From NCBI GenBank assembly GCA_049515615.1, contig JBEKTX010000003.1, positions 1 to 35,263 of the forward strand: DNA of 35,263 bases, read 5' to 3'. Under the pieces are notes generated by a model. The model searched no databases. It was not told the DNA's origin and saw only the letters and a list, made by a program, of their open reading frames with translations. The stretch comes from Spirochaetia bacterium. Lineage in GTDB: Bacteria > Spirochaetota > Spirochaetia > SZUA-6 > Fen-1364. The translations under genes and the position numbers were made by a program. Of the stretch, positions 17,264 through 26,179 are shown piece after piece. Each line of letters begins with the position of its first letter. Position 1 is the first letter of the stretch.

Positions 17264-18049
17264 ATGAGGCGCCTTCGACTCATCTGGACCTTCTTCAGGG
17301 TCGGCGTGATGGGCGAGCTTGCCTACCGTGTGAACTTCTTTGTCCAGCTCTTCGAATCCCTGCTGGAGCTCGGCACGGCCGTCGCGGGGCTTGCGGTCAT
17401 CTTTTCCTACACATCGACGCTCGGCGGTTGGACGCCGGACCAGGTCCTTGCGCTCGTGGGGGTGTTCTTCCTCGTCGGCGGCGCGATCCGGCTGGTCATC
17501 CAGCCCAGCCTCGAACAGCTCATTGAATCGGTGCGGGACGGGACGCTGGACTTTGCGCTGGTGAAGCCAGAGGATGCCCAGCTTCTTTCCAGCATCCAGA
17601 GGGTGGAGATCTGGAAGCTCACCGACGCGGGCCTCGGCATAGGCGTGCTTGCCGTTGCCCTCGTGCGGCTCGGCGTCCGCGCAGGGGTGATTCACGCGGC
17701 AGGTTTCGCCGCCGCGCTCATCGCCGGAGGGGTGATCGTCTACAGCTTCTGGATGATCCTTGCCACGTCGGCGTTCTGGCTGGTGCGCGTGGAAAACATT
17801 CTCATGGTTTTCCAGAGCATGTACGAGGCAGGGCGATGGCCGGTGAGCATCTACCCCGGGTGGATGCGGTTCGGCCTGACCTTCATCGTCCCCGTTGCGT
17901 TCGCCGTCACGGTCCCCGCGCAGGCCCTGGCGGGACGCCTTACGTGGCAGCTCCTCGCCGGCGCGTGGGCGTTCGCCGCAGCCCTCTTCGCCGCCGCTCG
18001 TCTTTTCTGGCTGGCCGGCCTTCGACGCTACGGGGGCGCATCGGCGTAG
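17264..18049 (+). CDS. ABC-2 family permease (DUF990 type)
   Basis: YRVNF, GGW, VRDGTLDFALVKP and RWPVSIYP. ATG at 17264. Confidence 0.88.
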   Translation: MRRLRLIWTFFRVGVMGELAYRVNFFVQLFESLLELGTAVAGLAVIFSYTSTLGGWTPDQVLALVGVFFLVGGAIRLVIQPSLEQLIESVRDGTLDFALVKPEDAQLLSSIQRVEIWKLTDAGLGIGVLAVALVRLGVRAGVIHAAGFAAALIAGGVIVYSFWMILATSAFWLVRVENILMVFQSMYEAGRWPVSIYPGWMRFGLTFIVPVAFAVTVPAQALAGRLTWQLLAGAWAFAAALFAAARLFWLAGLRRYGGASA

Positions 18050-18067
18050 AAGGTACGGCGATCCTTC

Positions 18068-18096
18068 TTGACCGTCGCAGGCGGCATTCCTACACT
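18068..18096 (+). promoter_or_regulatory. Sigma70-type promoter TTGACC-N17-TACACT, leaderless into pepC
   Basis: Near-consensus hexamers with a 17-bp spacer. ATG lies 6 nt downstream; no SD. Confidence 0.7.
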
Positions 18097-18102
18097 CGCG
18101 GG

Positions 18103-19443
18103 ATGGCAGACACGGCAGTGACGAAGCGCTTCGTCGAGGAGCAGGCGCGGCGGTTCGAGGGAGAGCCGCTGAACGCGGTCCGGCAGAACGCGATGGCGGA
18201 ATCCGATGCGGCGAAGCTGGCGTTGAACCAGAAGATTGCGATGTCCGTTGACCGCAATTTCTCCATCCGGCTGGATGACTGGAGCCCGACAGACCAGAAG
18301 AGCTCAGGACGATGCTGGCTTTTCGCGGCGACCAATCTCCTGCGCGCGGGTCTCGTGAAGAAGCTGAAGCTGAAAAACTTCGAGTTCAGCCAGAACTGGC
18401 TCATGTTCTGGGACAAGCTGGAAAAGGCCAACTACTTCCTGGAAGCGATGATCGAAACCGCTGACCGGGATCTCGACGACCGCACGGTCGTCACGGTCAT
18501 CGGCAACTGCGTGAACGACGGCGGCCAGTGGAACATGTTCGTGAACATCGCGCTGAAATACGGCCTCGTGCCAAAAGGGGCCATGCCGGAGAGCCTGAGC
18601 TCATCCGCTACGAACAGCATGAACCATGCGCTGGTGGGCCGGCTGCGCGTCGGTGCAAAGGTCCTGCGCGACATGAGCCGCTCATCGCACCCCGCGGCCG
18701 ACATCCGAAAGACCAAGGAGAAGATCCTGGCCGACGTGTACGCAATCCTCCGCGTGCACCTCGGCAATCCTCCCGAGCGCTTTGACTGGCAATGGACGGA
18801 CGACAAAAAAAAGTTCCACCGCAGGAAAGGGATGACACCGAAATCCTTCTCAAAGGAGTACGTGTCGGTGCCCCTTCAGGACTATGTCTGCCTGGTGCAC
18901 GACCCTCGCAAGTCCAGCCCCGTGGGAAGGACCTTCACGGTGGAGTACCTTGGCAACGTCGTGGAAGGCGGGATCGTCACCTATCTCAACGTCGACATCG
19001 CGACCATGAAGGACATCGCGATGAAGACTCTCAAGGCGCGTGAGCCGGTCTGGTTCGGCTGCGATTGCAGCAAGATGATGCACCGTGATCTCTCCGTGTG
19101 GGACGCGCGGATGTTCGACTTCGAGAGCCTCTACGGGGCCCCGCTGGAGCTCCCGTCAAAGGAGGACCGCCTGCTGTTCAAGCGCACGGCCATGAATCAC
19201 GCGATGCTCTTCACGGGAGTGGACGAGGAAAGGGGAAAGCCGAAAAAGTGGCGCGTGGAAAACAGCTGGGGTGAAAAGGGAGAGGGCAAGGGTTTCTACG
19301 TGATGAATGATTCGTGGTTCGACGAGCACATGTTCGAGATCGCGGCGCGCAAGAACAGGCTCCCGGCGCGCCTGCGCGCAGCGCTGGAGCAGGCTCCGAT
19401 CGTGCTCCCCGCGTGGGACCCCATGGGCTCATTGGCGGATTGA
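18103..19443 (+). CDS. pepC: Aminopeptidase C / bleomycin hydrolase (peptidase C1B)
   Basis: Catalytic DQKSSGRCWLFA, NHAMLFTG and WRVENSWG, plus C-terminal WDPMGSLA. Confidence 0.95.
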   Translation: MADTAVTKRFVEEQARRFEGEPLNAVRQNAMAESDAAKLALNQKIAMSVDRNFSIRLDDWSPTDQKSSGRCWLFAATNLLRAGLVKKLKLKNFEFSQNWLMFWDKLEKANYFLEAMIETADRDLDDRTVVTVIGNCVNDGGQWNMFVNIALKYGLVPKGAMPESLSSSATNSMNHALVGRLRVGAKVLRDMSRSSHPAADIRKTKEKILADVYAILRVHLGNPPERFDWQWTDDKKKFHRRKGMTPKSFSKEYVSVPLQDYVCLVHDPRKSSPVGRTFTVEYLGNVVEGGIVTYLNVDIATMKDIAMKTLKAREPVWFGCDCSKMMHRDLSVWDARMFDFESLYGAPLELPSKEDRLLFKRTAMNHAMLFTGVDEERGKPKKWRVENSWGEKGEGKGFYVMNDSWFDEHMFEIAARKNRLPARLRAALEQAPIVLPAWDPMGSLAD

Positions 19444-19447
19444 CGCA

Positions 19448-20476
19448 ATGAAGGCGGTACGGCTGGTGAAGGTCGGGGCTCCCCTGGAAACGCAGGAGGT
19501 TCCGACTCCGAAGATCGGGGACCGGGACGTGCTGGTCCGCGTAAAGGCGGCCGGCATCTGCCATTCCGATGTGCACTACCGGGCGGGCACCTCGCCGGTG
19601 AGGCCTTTGCCCATGACCCTCGGACACGAGGTCGCCGGCACCGTGGCCGAGGCCGGAGCGTTCGTCAAGGACCTGAAGCCCGGGGACCGGGTGTGCCTCC
19701 ACTACAACATCGCCTGCGGGGACTGCGTCTCCTGCGCTTCGGGAAACGAACAGTTCTGCCCGACGGGATTGATGATCGGCCATTACACCGACGGCGGATT
19801 CGCCGAATACATTGCGGTCCCCGGGCGCAACGCGCTTCGCCTCCCGCACGAGATCCCCTTTGAGCAGGGCGCCACGCTGATGTGCGCTTCGGCAACGGCC
19901 TACCACGCGCTTCGCAAGTCGGGCCTCCGGGCAGGAGAGACCGCGGCGATCTTCGGCGTGGGCGGCCTGGGCATGTCGGCGGTTCAGCTCGCGCGGGCAT
20001 TCGGCGCCCTCACTACCTACGCGGTGGACATTCGGGAAGAAAGCCTCGAGTTTGCAACCCGATTTGGCGCTTGTGCCGTCAATGCGCGGAAAGTGGATCC
20101 GGTGGAGGAGATACGGAAGCTGACCGGCGGCAGGGGCGTCGACGTGGCCGTCGAGCTGGTCGGGAGCTCGCGCACCGTGCTCCAGGCGGTGAAATGTCTT
20201 GCCCCGCTCGGCAGGGCGGTGCTGGTGGGCATCACACGAGACCCGCTCACCGTGGACACCTACGGGGAGGTGCTCGGCAGTGAAGCGCAGGTCATCGGGT
20301 CCAACGATCACCTGCTGGCGGAGCTTCCCACGGTCATCGAGATGGCGCGGCGGGGGGTCTTGGACATGTCAAGAGTGGTCACGCGCTCGATCCCGCTGGA
20401 CGCAGCGGCCATCAACGACGCGTTGGACGGGCTGGAGAAATACTCGACAGGCATTCGCACCGTCGTCATCCCGTGA
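19448..20476 (+). CDS. Zn-dependent alcohol dehydrogenase (MDR family)
   Basis: GICHSD, GHE, structural Zn site CGDCVSC...C, and GVGGLG. Confidence 0.93.
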   Translation: MKAVRLVKVGAPLETQEVPTPKIGDRDVLVRVKAAGICHSDVHYRAGTSPVRPLPMTLGHEVAGTVAEAGAFVKDLKPGDRVCLHYNIACGDCVSCASGNEQFCPTGLMIGHYTDGGFAEYIAVPGRNALRLPHEIPFEQGATLMCASATAYHALRKSGLRAGETAAIFGVGGLGMSAVQLARAFGALTTYAVDIREESLEFATRFGACAVNARKVDPVEEIRKLTGGRGVDVAVELVGSSRTVLQAVKCLAPLGRAVLVGITRDPLTVDTYGEVLGSEAQVIGSNDHLLAELPTVIEMARRGVLDMSRVVTRSIPLDAAAINDALDGLEKYSTGIRTVVIP

Positions 20477-21158
20477 GGAAGCGCACGCCCGCCTCCGCAT
20501 GGACCGCCATGGTGTCGAAACGGGCCACGGAGAGATCCTCCTGGCTCACGATCAGGGGAAGCTCCGTGCATGCCAGGACGACTCCCTGGGCGCCGCGTGA
20601 AATCAGCTCTCGAGCCGCGTCGATGACGAACCTTCTCGAAGCATCGACGAATTTCCCCTGGCACAGCTCGGTGAAGATGATCGAGTTGATTTTCTCCCGC
20701 TGCCCCTCGTCGGGAATGAGGCATTCGATCCCGAAGCGTTCGCGGAGCCTGAGCCGATAGAAGTCTTTCTCCATCGAATACCGGGTGCCCAGCAGACCGA
20801 CTGTCCGCGCGGAGCCTTCGTGAATTCTTTCTCCCACGGCATCCGCGATGTGGAGAACAGGCGCCCCGGCAGCCTCTTCAACGGCCTACGCGTAGATGTG
20901 CATGGTATTGGAGGCAATGAGGATGGCATGAGCCCCCGCGCCGGAGAGACGCTTCGCCTCTGTCACAAGCACCTTTTTGACCGCCGGCCAGTCCTCCCGG
21001 GCCATTGAATCCGAGAGCCCCTGGAAGTCGACCGAGCTCACGAGAAGCCGGGCCGAGTGAGAACCGCCCCGTTCCTTCTGCACGCCCTCATTGAGGAGCC
21101 GGTAATACGCCAGGGTGGAAAGCCAGCTCATGCCCCCGATGATTCCCAGCGTCTTCAT
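20466..21158 (-). pseudogene. Aspartate/glutamate racemase family (YgeA-like) interrupted by an in-frame TAG
   Basis: ORFs 20886..21158 and 20466..20837 share one frame and read NTMHIYA*AVEEAAGAPVLHIADAV across the TAG at 20886-20888. Motifs GIIGGMS and LACTELP. Confidence 0.85.
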
Positions 21159-22558
21159 TCTGTCCTCCCGGCTTTCTCCCTCGCCGCGACGAACGCCCTG
21201 ACAGACCGCTCGACGTCCTCCTCCGTCGTGGCATAGGAGCAGACGCTGATCCGAATCGCAGGGTCATTGTTCCAGGTGGTGCCGCCGCACCAGCATTCGC
21301 CCGAAGCCTGCATGTGCGTGAGCGTTCGCGTCGTCAGTTCCGGCGTCGCGCAGGTCACGAGCACCTGGTTGAACACGACCTCGTTCTGGATGACGAACCC
21401 TTCCCGCGCCATGAGGCGCGCGAACAGGTCTGCCAGTCCGCAGAGGCCCTCGACGAGCTCAGCCGCTCCGGACCGGCCCAGCGAAAGCAGCGTGGCCCAC
21501 AGGTCGATCCCCCGTGCCCTGCGGGACATGTCGGGCGTGTACATCATCCCGTCTCGATCTTCGCTGAAGGAAAGATACGCACCCGTCACGCGCATCGCGG
21601 CTGCAAGCGCCTCCCTGTGCCTGCAGAAGACTATCCCGTTGTCGTAGGGCGCGTTGAGGGTCTTGTGCGCGTCCGCGGACCATGAATCGGCGAGCGCGGC
21701 GCCCTCCATGAGGCGCGCAAACCGCGGAGAGGCTGCTGCCCAGAGTCCAAAAGCGCCATCAACGTGAATCCATGCGCCCGCTTCACGCGCCGCAGGAACG
21801 ATGGCCGCAAAGGGATCAAACGCACCCGTGCTCACGTTTCCGGCCTGCAGGATCAGCAGGGTCCTTCCATCCATCCGAGGCAGGTGCGCGGGAACGATCC
21901 GCCCCTGGCCATCCACGGGCACACGCTCGACGCGGTCGCGTCCCAATCCGAGCAGGCCAAGAGCCTTCGACACGCTCGCATGAGCCTGCGCTCCAAGGAC
22001 CACCCGGATCTCCGGCGCGCCCAGGAGCCCCCGCGCCCCGCAGTCCCATCCCGCGCGCCGGAGCAGCTCGTCGCGGCCGGCGGCGAGTCCACAGAGCGTC
22101 GCAATGGAAGTCCCGCCGACGAGCCCCATGGCGGTCTCGGGAGGCAGCCCAAGAAGGCTCACGAGCCATTTTTCGCACCGGGCCTCCAGAGCGGAAGAGA
22201 CAGGTGACATCACGTACATTGCCGCGTTCTGGTCCCACGCATCCGCGAGCCACCTTGCAGCGATCGCGGCGGGCAGGCTTCCCCCGTTCACGAATCCGAA
22301 ATACCGGCCCCCGGTCTGCGCCGTGGTGGCGGGTGACCCATAGCGATGGAGCATCTCCAGAATGCGCGACGGATCCGTCGGCTCCTGCGGCAGCGCTGTC
22401 GGGAGGGACTCCAGCCCCCGCACGGCCTGTGCATCGGGGATGACACGCATCGAGCGGACACCCGCGATGTACCGCTCGGCAAGGTCGCGTGCCTGGTCCA
22501 GGAGGCGCGACTCCCGCGCCTGCTTTCGGAGAGTGTGCAGAATCGACTCCGTGCCCAT
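21155..22558 (-). CDS. PLP-dependent group II amino-acid decarboxylase family protein
   Basis: RYFGFVNGG, HVDGAFG, DSWSADAHKTLN (PLP lysine) and SRRARG. Confidence 0.92.
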   Translation of the reverse strand: MGTESILHTLRKQARESRLLDQARDLAERYIAGVRSMRVIPDAQAVRGLESLPTALPQEPTDPSRILEMLHRYGSPATTAQTGGRYFGFVNGGSLPAAIAARWLADAWDQNAAMYVMSPVSSALEARCEKWLVSLLGLPPETAMGLVGGTSIATLCGLAAGRDELLRRAGWDCGARGLLGAPEIRVVLGAQAHASVSKALGLLGLGRDRVERVPVDGQGRIVPAHLPRMDGRTLLILQAGNVSTGAFDPFAAIVPAAREAGAWIHVDGAFGLWAAASPRFARLMEGAALADSWSADAHKTLNAPYDNGIVFCRHREALAAAMRVTGAYLSFSEDRDGMMYTPDMSRRARGIDLWATLLSLGRSGAAELVEGLCGLADLFARLMAREGFVIQNEVVFNQVLVTCATPELTTRTLTHMQASGECWCGGTTWNNDPAIRISVCSYATTEEDVERSVRAFVAAREKAGRTE

Positions 22559-22598
22559 GCAGCCGAGGATAGCACCTGAACCTGTGTGCAGTCAGGGT

Positions 22599-23408
22599 CT
22601 ACAATGCAAGTGCCAGAATGGGAACTTCGAACCGAAGTGCGGGAATCGACTTGCCGATGCTGCCCCCCGTCCACGCGGTGTGGGTCAGTGGAAGGGCGAC
22701 GCCGATGACCGTGCCCAGTGCCGCCCCGGCAATCACGTCAGTCATGAAATGCATCCCGGAGAAGACTCGCAGCGATGCGGTGAGCACGGCAAGACTCACT
22801 TCCGTCGCCGCGAATGGAAGGAGCCAGGGTGAACCGGAAGGGAGGTCGACCGCGGCCACCGTGACGCCGAATGCCGCGGCAGCAAACGCCAGGGTGGCAT
22901 GTCCTGAGGGGAAAGAGTCGTTTCCTTCCCAGACTTCAGGAACAGATCCGGACACCGGAGCGAGATAGACCCAGGGACGGACACGGGGGAAAAGGAACTT
23001 CAGCGTGTTCTTCGCGAAGAATGAGCGGGACAGAACTTCGAAATAAATGACTCCGGCGGCAAATGCCTGGTCCTGGCTGATTCCGAAGGCAAGGGCCAAC
23101 GGAAGGGCCGCGGCGGCGTACTGCGCGACGCTGCTTGCCACATCCAGCCCCGGGGAATAGCTGAACATGGCCAGCCGGTCGAACCTGCTCACCCGGTCCA
23201 TGTCCACCGGCATTTCCTGGGTCGATCCGTGCAGGCCCAGGCTCGCCGCCGCAAGGAGAGCCCCACCGGCCGCCGAAACGCCGTCCGGTATGAGGCTGAC
23301 CGACAACTGCGCGGGCGCACTGAAGACCGGGCCGAGCGCGAGAAGGACGAGAAGCGCGGCGCGAAGGTGGGCTGACCGAGCGAGCTTCATCAGCCCGCAC
23401 GCTATCAT
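22599..23408 (-). CDS. PAP2-family phosphatase
   Basis: K-x6-RP (KFLFPRVRP), SFPSGH and RVFSGMHFMTDV motifs. Confidence 0.88.
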   Translation of the reverse strand: MIACGLMKLARSAHLRAALLVLLALGPVFSAPAQLSVSLIPDGVSAAGGALLAAASLGLHGSTQEMPVDMDRVSRFDRLAMFSYSPGLDVASSVAQYAAAALPLALAFGISQDQAFAAGVIYFEVLSRSFFAKNTLKFLFPRVRPWVYLAPVSGSVPEVWEGNDSFPSGHATLAFAAAAFGVTVAAVDLPSGSPWLLPFAATEVSLAVLTASLRVFSGMHFMTDVIAGAALGTVIGVALPLTHTAWTGGSIGKSIPALRFEVPILALAL

Positions 23409-24322
23409 ACCTTGTTCACGTCGTCCATCTTCGCAAGGTCCAGGACGAGGTGGCCGTTCTCGTCGTTGTGAAACGCGGGAGCGAACCTGTATCCCCAGAG
23501 GACTTCGTCGAATCGATAGGAAAAACGCGAGTTCACCGCCTGGCTGAACGTGTCATCGAATCCACGGAGGAGGACCATGATCTCGGCAGCCTGAGAGGCC
23601 ATGTCTTCGGCTGACTTGCCGGACAGCGGGCTGGTCGCATCGATGGGGTGCACGACAGTCCAGGTGAGAGGGAGAAAGTAAATGGCCGAGCGTTCCAGCT
23701 CCAGCTTCGCATAGACACGCCGGGCTTCCCGACCTGTCCCTTCCACGGTCATCAGGACGACGGTGATTTCGATGTCCACGAGCGCATTCGCGCGCTGGTT
23801 TGCGATCCGGAATTGCAGGCTCGTGGCCCCCTGGTAGGGCGCCACGATCGCGAAGGTGCTGAAGAGGATCCGCACGTTCGGCCGGGAGAATCGTCCATAC
23901 AGAAGGCCCGCGCTGAACGCGAAGCCCAACACGCCCAACATCGCCCCGATGCTCGCCACGACGTTCGCTTCGATGCTCCGCGGCGCGATATTCCCGTATC
24001 CCACCGTTGTGAGGGTTTGCACGCTGAAGAAGAATACCTGGAGGAAGGTCTCGATCGGCGTTCCGGCGGGGATCCCCTGGAGACCGCCGATGCCGGCCGC
24101 AAAGAACAGCCCCGTGAATAGGAGGGTGACGGAAAAAAAGGCCGCAAGGATCACGGCGAAAAACGCCGGCCATGAGAGGCGGATGAAAAACTGGTAGAGA
24201 TGGAAGTCCTGCAGCCGCCGGCCGTGGCGCCGCACATTGAACGAGCCGTCCCTGTTGACGATCCTGCGGACCCTGCCGTCGTAGCTCTGGGTGATGCCCG
24301 GGTCAAAGGGTTGCTGCTTCAT
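23405..24322 (-). CDS. Inward-rectifier (KirBac-like) potassium channel
   Basis: Pore motif FFFSVQTLTTVGYG, two TMs, and a cytoplasmic domain with RIANQR and WTVVHPIDATSPL. Confidence 0.92.
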   Translation of the reverse strand: MKQQPFDPGITQSYDGRVRRIVNRDGSFNVRRHGRRLQDFHLYQFFIRLSWPAFFAVILAAFFSVTLLFTGLFFAAGIGGLQGIPAGTPIETFLQVFFFSVQTLTTVGYGNIAPRSIEANVVASIGAMLGVLGFAFSAGLLYGRFSRPNVRILFSTFAIVAPYQGATSLQFRIANQRANALVDIEITVVLMTVEGTGREARRVYAKLELERSAIYFLPLTWTVVHPIDATSPLSGKSAEDMASQAAEIMVLLRGFDDTFSQAVNSRFSYRFDEVLWGYRFAPAFHNDENGHLVLDLAKMDDVNKV

Positions 24323-24370
24323 CGGAGAATAATACTAGTGGCGACGCTGAGCGCCCACTCTCGGGCAGAG

Positions 24371-24648
24371 AGTCAGAACATGACTACGTCCGCGCAATTC
24401 GGGCCGCAACTTGATACTACGCACATGGGCGCGGTCAAACAATGCGAAAGGGAGTCAGAAATTGACTACAGGCAGGACCTGTAGCCAATAGGCCCACTTG
24501 GGCAGAAGCCTGCTTGGGCAGAAGCCTGCTTGGGCAGAAGCCAGCTTGGCAGAAGCCCACTTGGGCAGAAGCCAGCTTGGCAGAAGCCAGCTTGGGCAGA
24601 AACCTGCTTAGGCAGAAGCCCTCTCGTCCAGGGAGTCAGAAATTGACT
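24371..24648. promoter_or_regulatory. Three copies of the palindrome AGTCA-N5-TGACT (24371-24385, 24453-24467, 24634-24648)
   Basis: Seen directly. Copies 2 and 3 lie within an identical 22-bp direct repeat, AGGGAGTCAGAAATTGACTACA (24449-24470 and 24630-24651). Confidence 0.65.
24492..24617. repeat. Tandem array of eight 15-16-bp units (consensus GCCNNCTTGGGCAGAA)
   Basis: Units start at 24492, 24508, 24524, 24540, 24555, 24571, 24586 and 24602, with no unique spacers. Confidence 0.95.
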
Positions 24649-24754
24649 ACAAACGCTATGGTTCTAACCTGTCGTTGCGATTTCCACAGCGCATCGTGCT
24701 GTCCGACCAAGCGAGGCTTCAAGCAGCGTGCAGAAATCACCTTTTCGAAATGAT

Positions 24755-25126
24755 GTGCTTGCGAGAGTGAGAACGAACCGTGTCTATATCGAAATCAAGG
24801 GGATGATCCCCGGCGCCCTTCTGCAGTGCCTTCGTGACACGTATGGGCGGCGGCTGATCCTTCACATTGAATACGGGAAAAGAATGCACAACATTCTCGA
24901 CGCTCCCTTGTACGAGCAGGATCCAAAGGAGATGAATCCCGGCGCATGGCTCAGGTTCTTTCGGCAGGACAACGGTCTCTCGCAGGCGGGGCTGGGTCAG
25001 AAGCTAGGGGGCGTATCGCGGCAGAACATATCCAACATGGAATACGGGCGTCGGCCGATCAGCCGAAAGATGGCACTGAGACTGTCCAGTTTCTTCGGGG
25101 TCTCCGCAGACAAACTCATCGGGTAG
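24755..25126 (+). CDS. XRE-family HTH protein (HigA-like antitoxin or regulator)
   Basis: C-terminal LRFFRQDNGLSQAGLGQKLGGVSRQNISNMEYGRRPIS is a Cro/C1 HTH. Start uncertain (GTG 24755 or 24728). Confidence 0.8.
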   Translation: MLARVRTNRVYIEIKGMIPGALLQCLRDTYGRRLILHIEYGKRMHNILDAPLYEQDPKEMNPGAWLRFFRQDNGLSQAGLGQKLGGVSRQNISNMEYGRRPISRKMALRLSSFFGVSADKLIG

Positions 25127-25168
25127 ACCCGCCCGGCGTGTCCCCCTATACTTGCGGAGGAGGACCGA

Positions 25169-26173
25169 GTGACCAAGCGCGAACGCGTCCTGGCGTCCCT
25201 CTCCCATCGACAGCCGGACCGCATTCCCTACAACATCCGATTCACCGAGCCCGCGCGTGCGAACATGGCCGCATACTACGGTGATCCGGAGTTCGAGAAG
25301 AAGCTCGGCAACTGCCTCCATGTCCTGCACACGGAGCCCGCACACGCCTGGAAAGAGATTCGCGAGGGGACCTGGGAAGACCAGTTCGGCGTTCACTGGG
25401 ACCGCTCCATGGACCGGGACATTGGCAATGTCTGCAACGTCAGGGTCACGCGGGACACACTCACCGACTTTCGTTTCCCCGATCCGGATGATCCTTCCCG
25501 ATTTGCGGACCATGCGCGGCTCATCGACGAACATCCGGACGAGCTGCACGTGACCAACCTCGGGTTCAGCCTCTTCGAAAGGGCGTGGACACTTGCGGGC
25601 ATGGAGACATTCCTGATGGCGATGGTCGACGACAAGCAGTTCGCGCACGCCCTTCTTGACCGGATACTGGAGTACAACCTCCGGGTGATCGAGAAGGCGT
25701 GCGCGCTCCCGATCGATGCAATGATGTTCGGCGACGACTGGGGACACCAAATGGGCCTTCTCATGGGCGCCGGGCTCTGGCGCGAGCTCATCGGGCCCCG
25801 GGTCCGAAAGATGTATGCGCTTGTGAAATCCCGCGGCAAGCGGGTTTTCATCCACTCCTGCGGGAAAGTGGACGAGCTCTTTGCGGACCTCATCGAGAGT
25901 GGGCTTGACGTATTCAACCCCTTCCAACCCGAGGTGATCGACGTGGATGAAGCCAAGCGCCGCTACGGCGACCGCCTCTCCTTCTACGGAGGAATCAGCA
26001 CGCAGAGGACCCTGCCCTTTGGCAGCACGAACGACGTGAAGGAGGAAGTCCGTCGGCTGCTCGACCGAATCGGGAAGAACGGGGGCTACATCGCATCGCC
26101 GGCGCACGACGTGCCGCGCGATGCGAAGCCTGAGAACATCGCCGCGATGATCGAAATCCTTCAGAACCAGTAG
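25169..26173 (+). CDS. Uroporphyrinogen decarboxylase-like family protein (URO-D/methyltransferase fold)
   Basis: MTKRERV..PDRIP, FERAWTLAGME, FGDDWG, FIHSCG, GGISTQRTLP and GGYIASPAH. GGAGGAGG RBS. Confidence 0.88.
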   Translation: MTKRERVLASLSHRQPDRIPYNIRFTEPARANMAAYYGDPEFEKKLGNCLHVLHTEPAHAWKEIREGTWEDQFGVHWDRSMDRDIGNVCNVRVTRDTLTDFRFPDPDDPSRFADHARLIDEHPDELHVTNLGFSLFERAWTLAGMETFLMAMVDDKQFAHALLDRILEYNLRVIEKACALPIDAMMFGDDWGHQMGLLMGAGLWRELIGPRVRKMYALVKSRGKRVFIHSCGKVDELFADLIESGLDVFNPFQPEVIDVDEAKRRYGDRLSFYGGISTQRTLPFGSTNDVKEEVRRLLDRIGKNGGYIASPAHDVPRDAKPENIAAMIEILQNQ

Positions 26174-26179
26174 GGATCA

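Noticed and set aside
15443-19443. ABC exporter and PepC as export/processing genes for the Cys-tail system
   Set aside because: They are about 4 kb away behind five opposite-strand genes and have their own promoters. Nothing in the sequence links them.
20886-20888. Pyrrolysine or genome-wide TAG recoding
   Set aside because: Many genes here end normally at TAG (e.g. 9204, 11464, 18049, 26173), and no pyl genes are visible.
24492-24617. CRISPR array
   Set aside because: Units are only 15-16 bp, directly abutting, with no unique spacers, and there are no cas genes in the window.
24514-24753. 79-aa ORF across the tandem array
   Set aside because: TTG start, no RBS, and mixed unit lengths that shift the peptide pattern. 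It is a by-product of the repeat.
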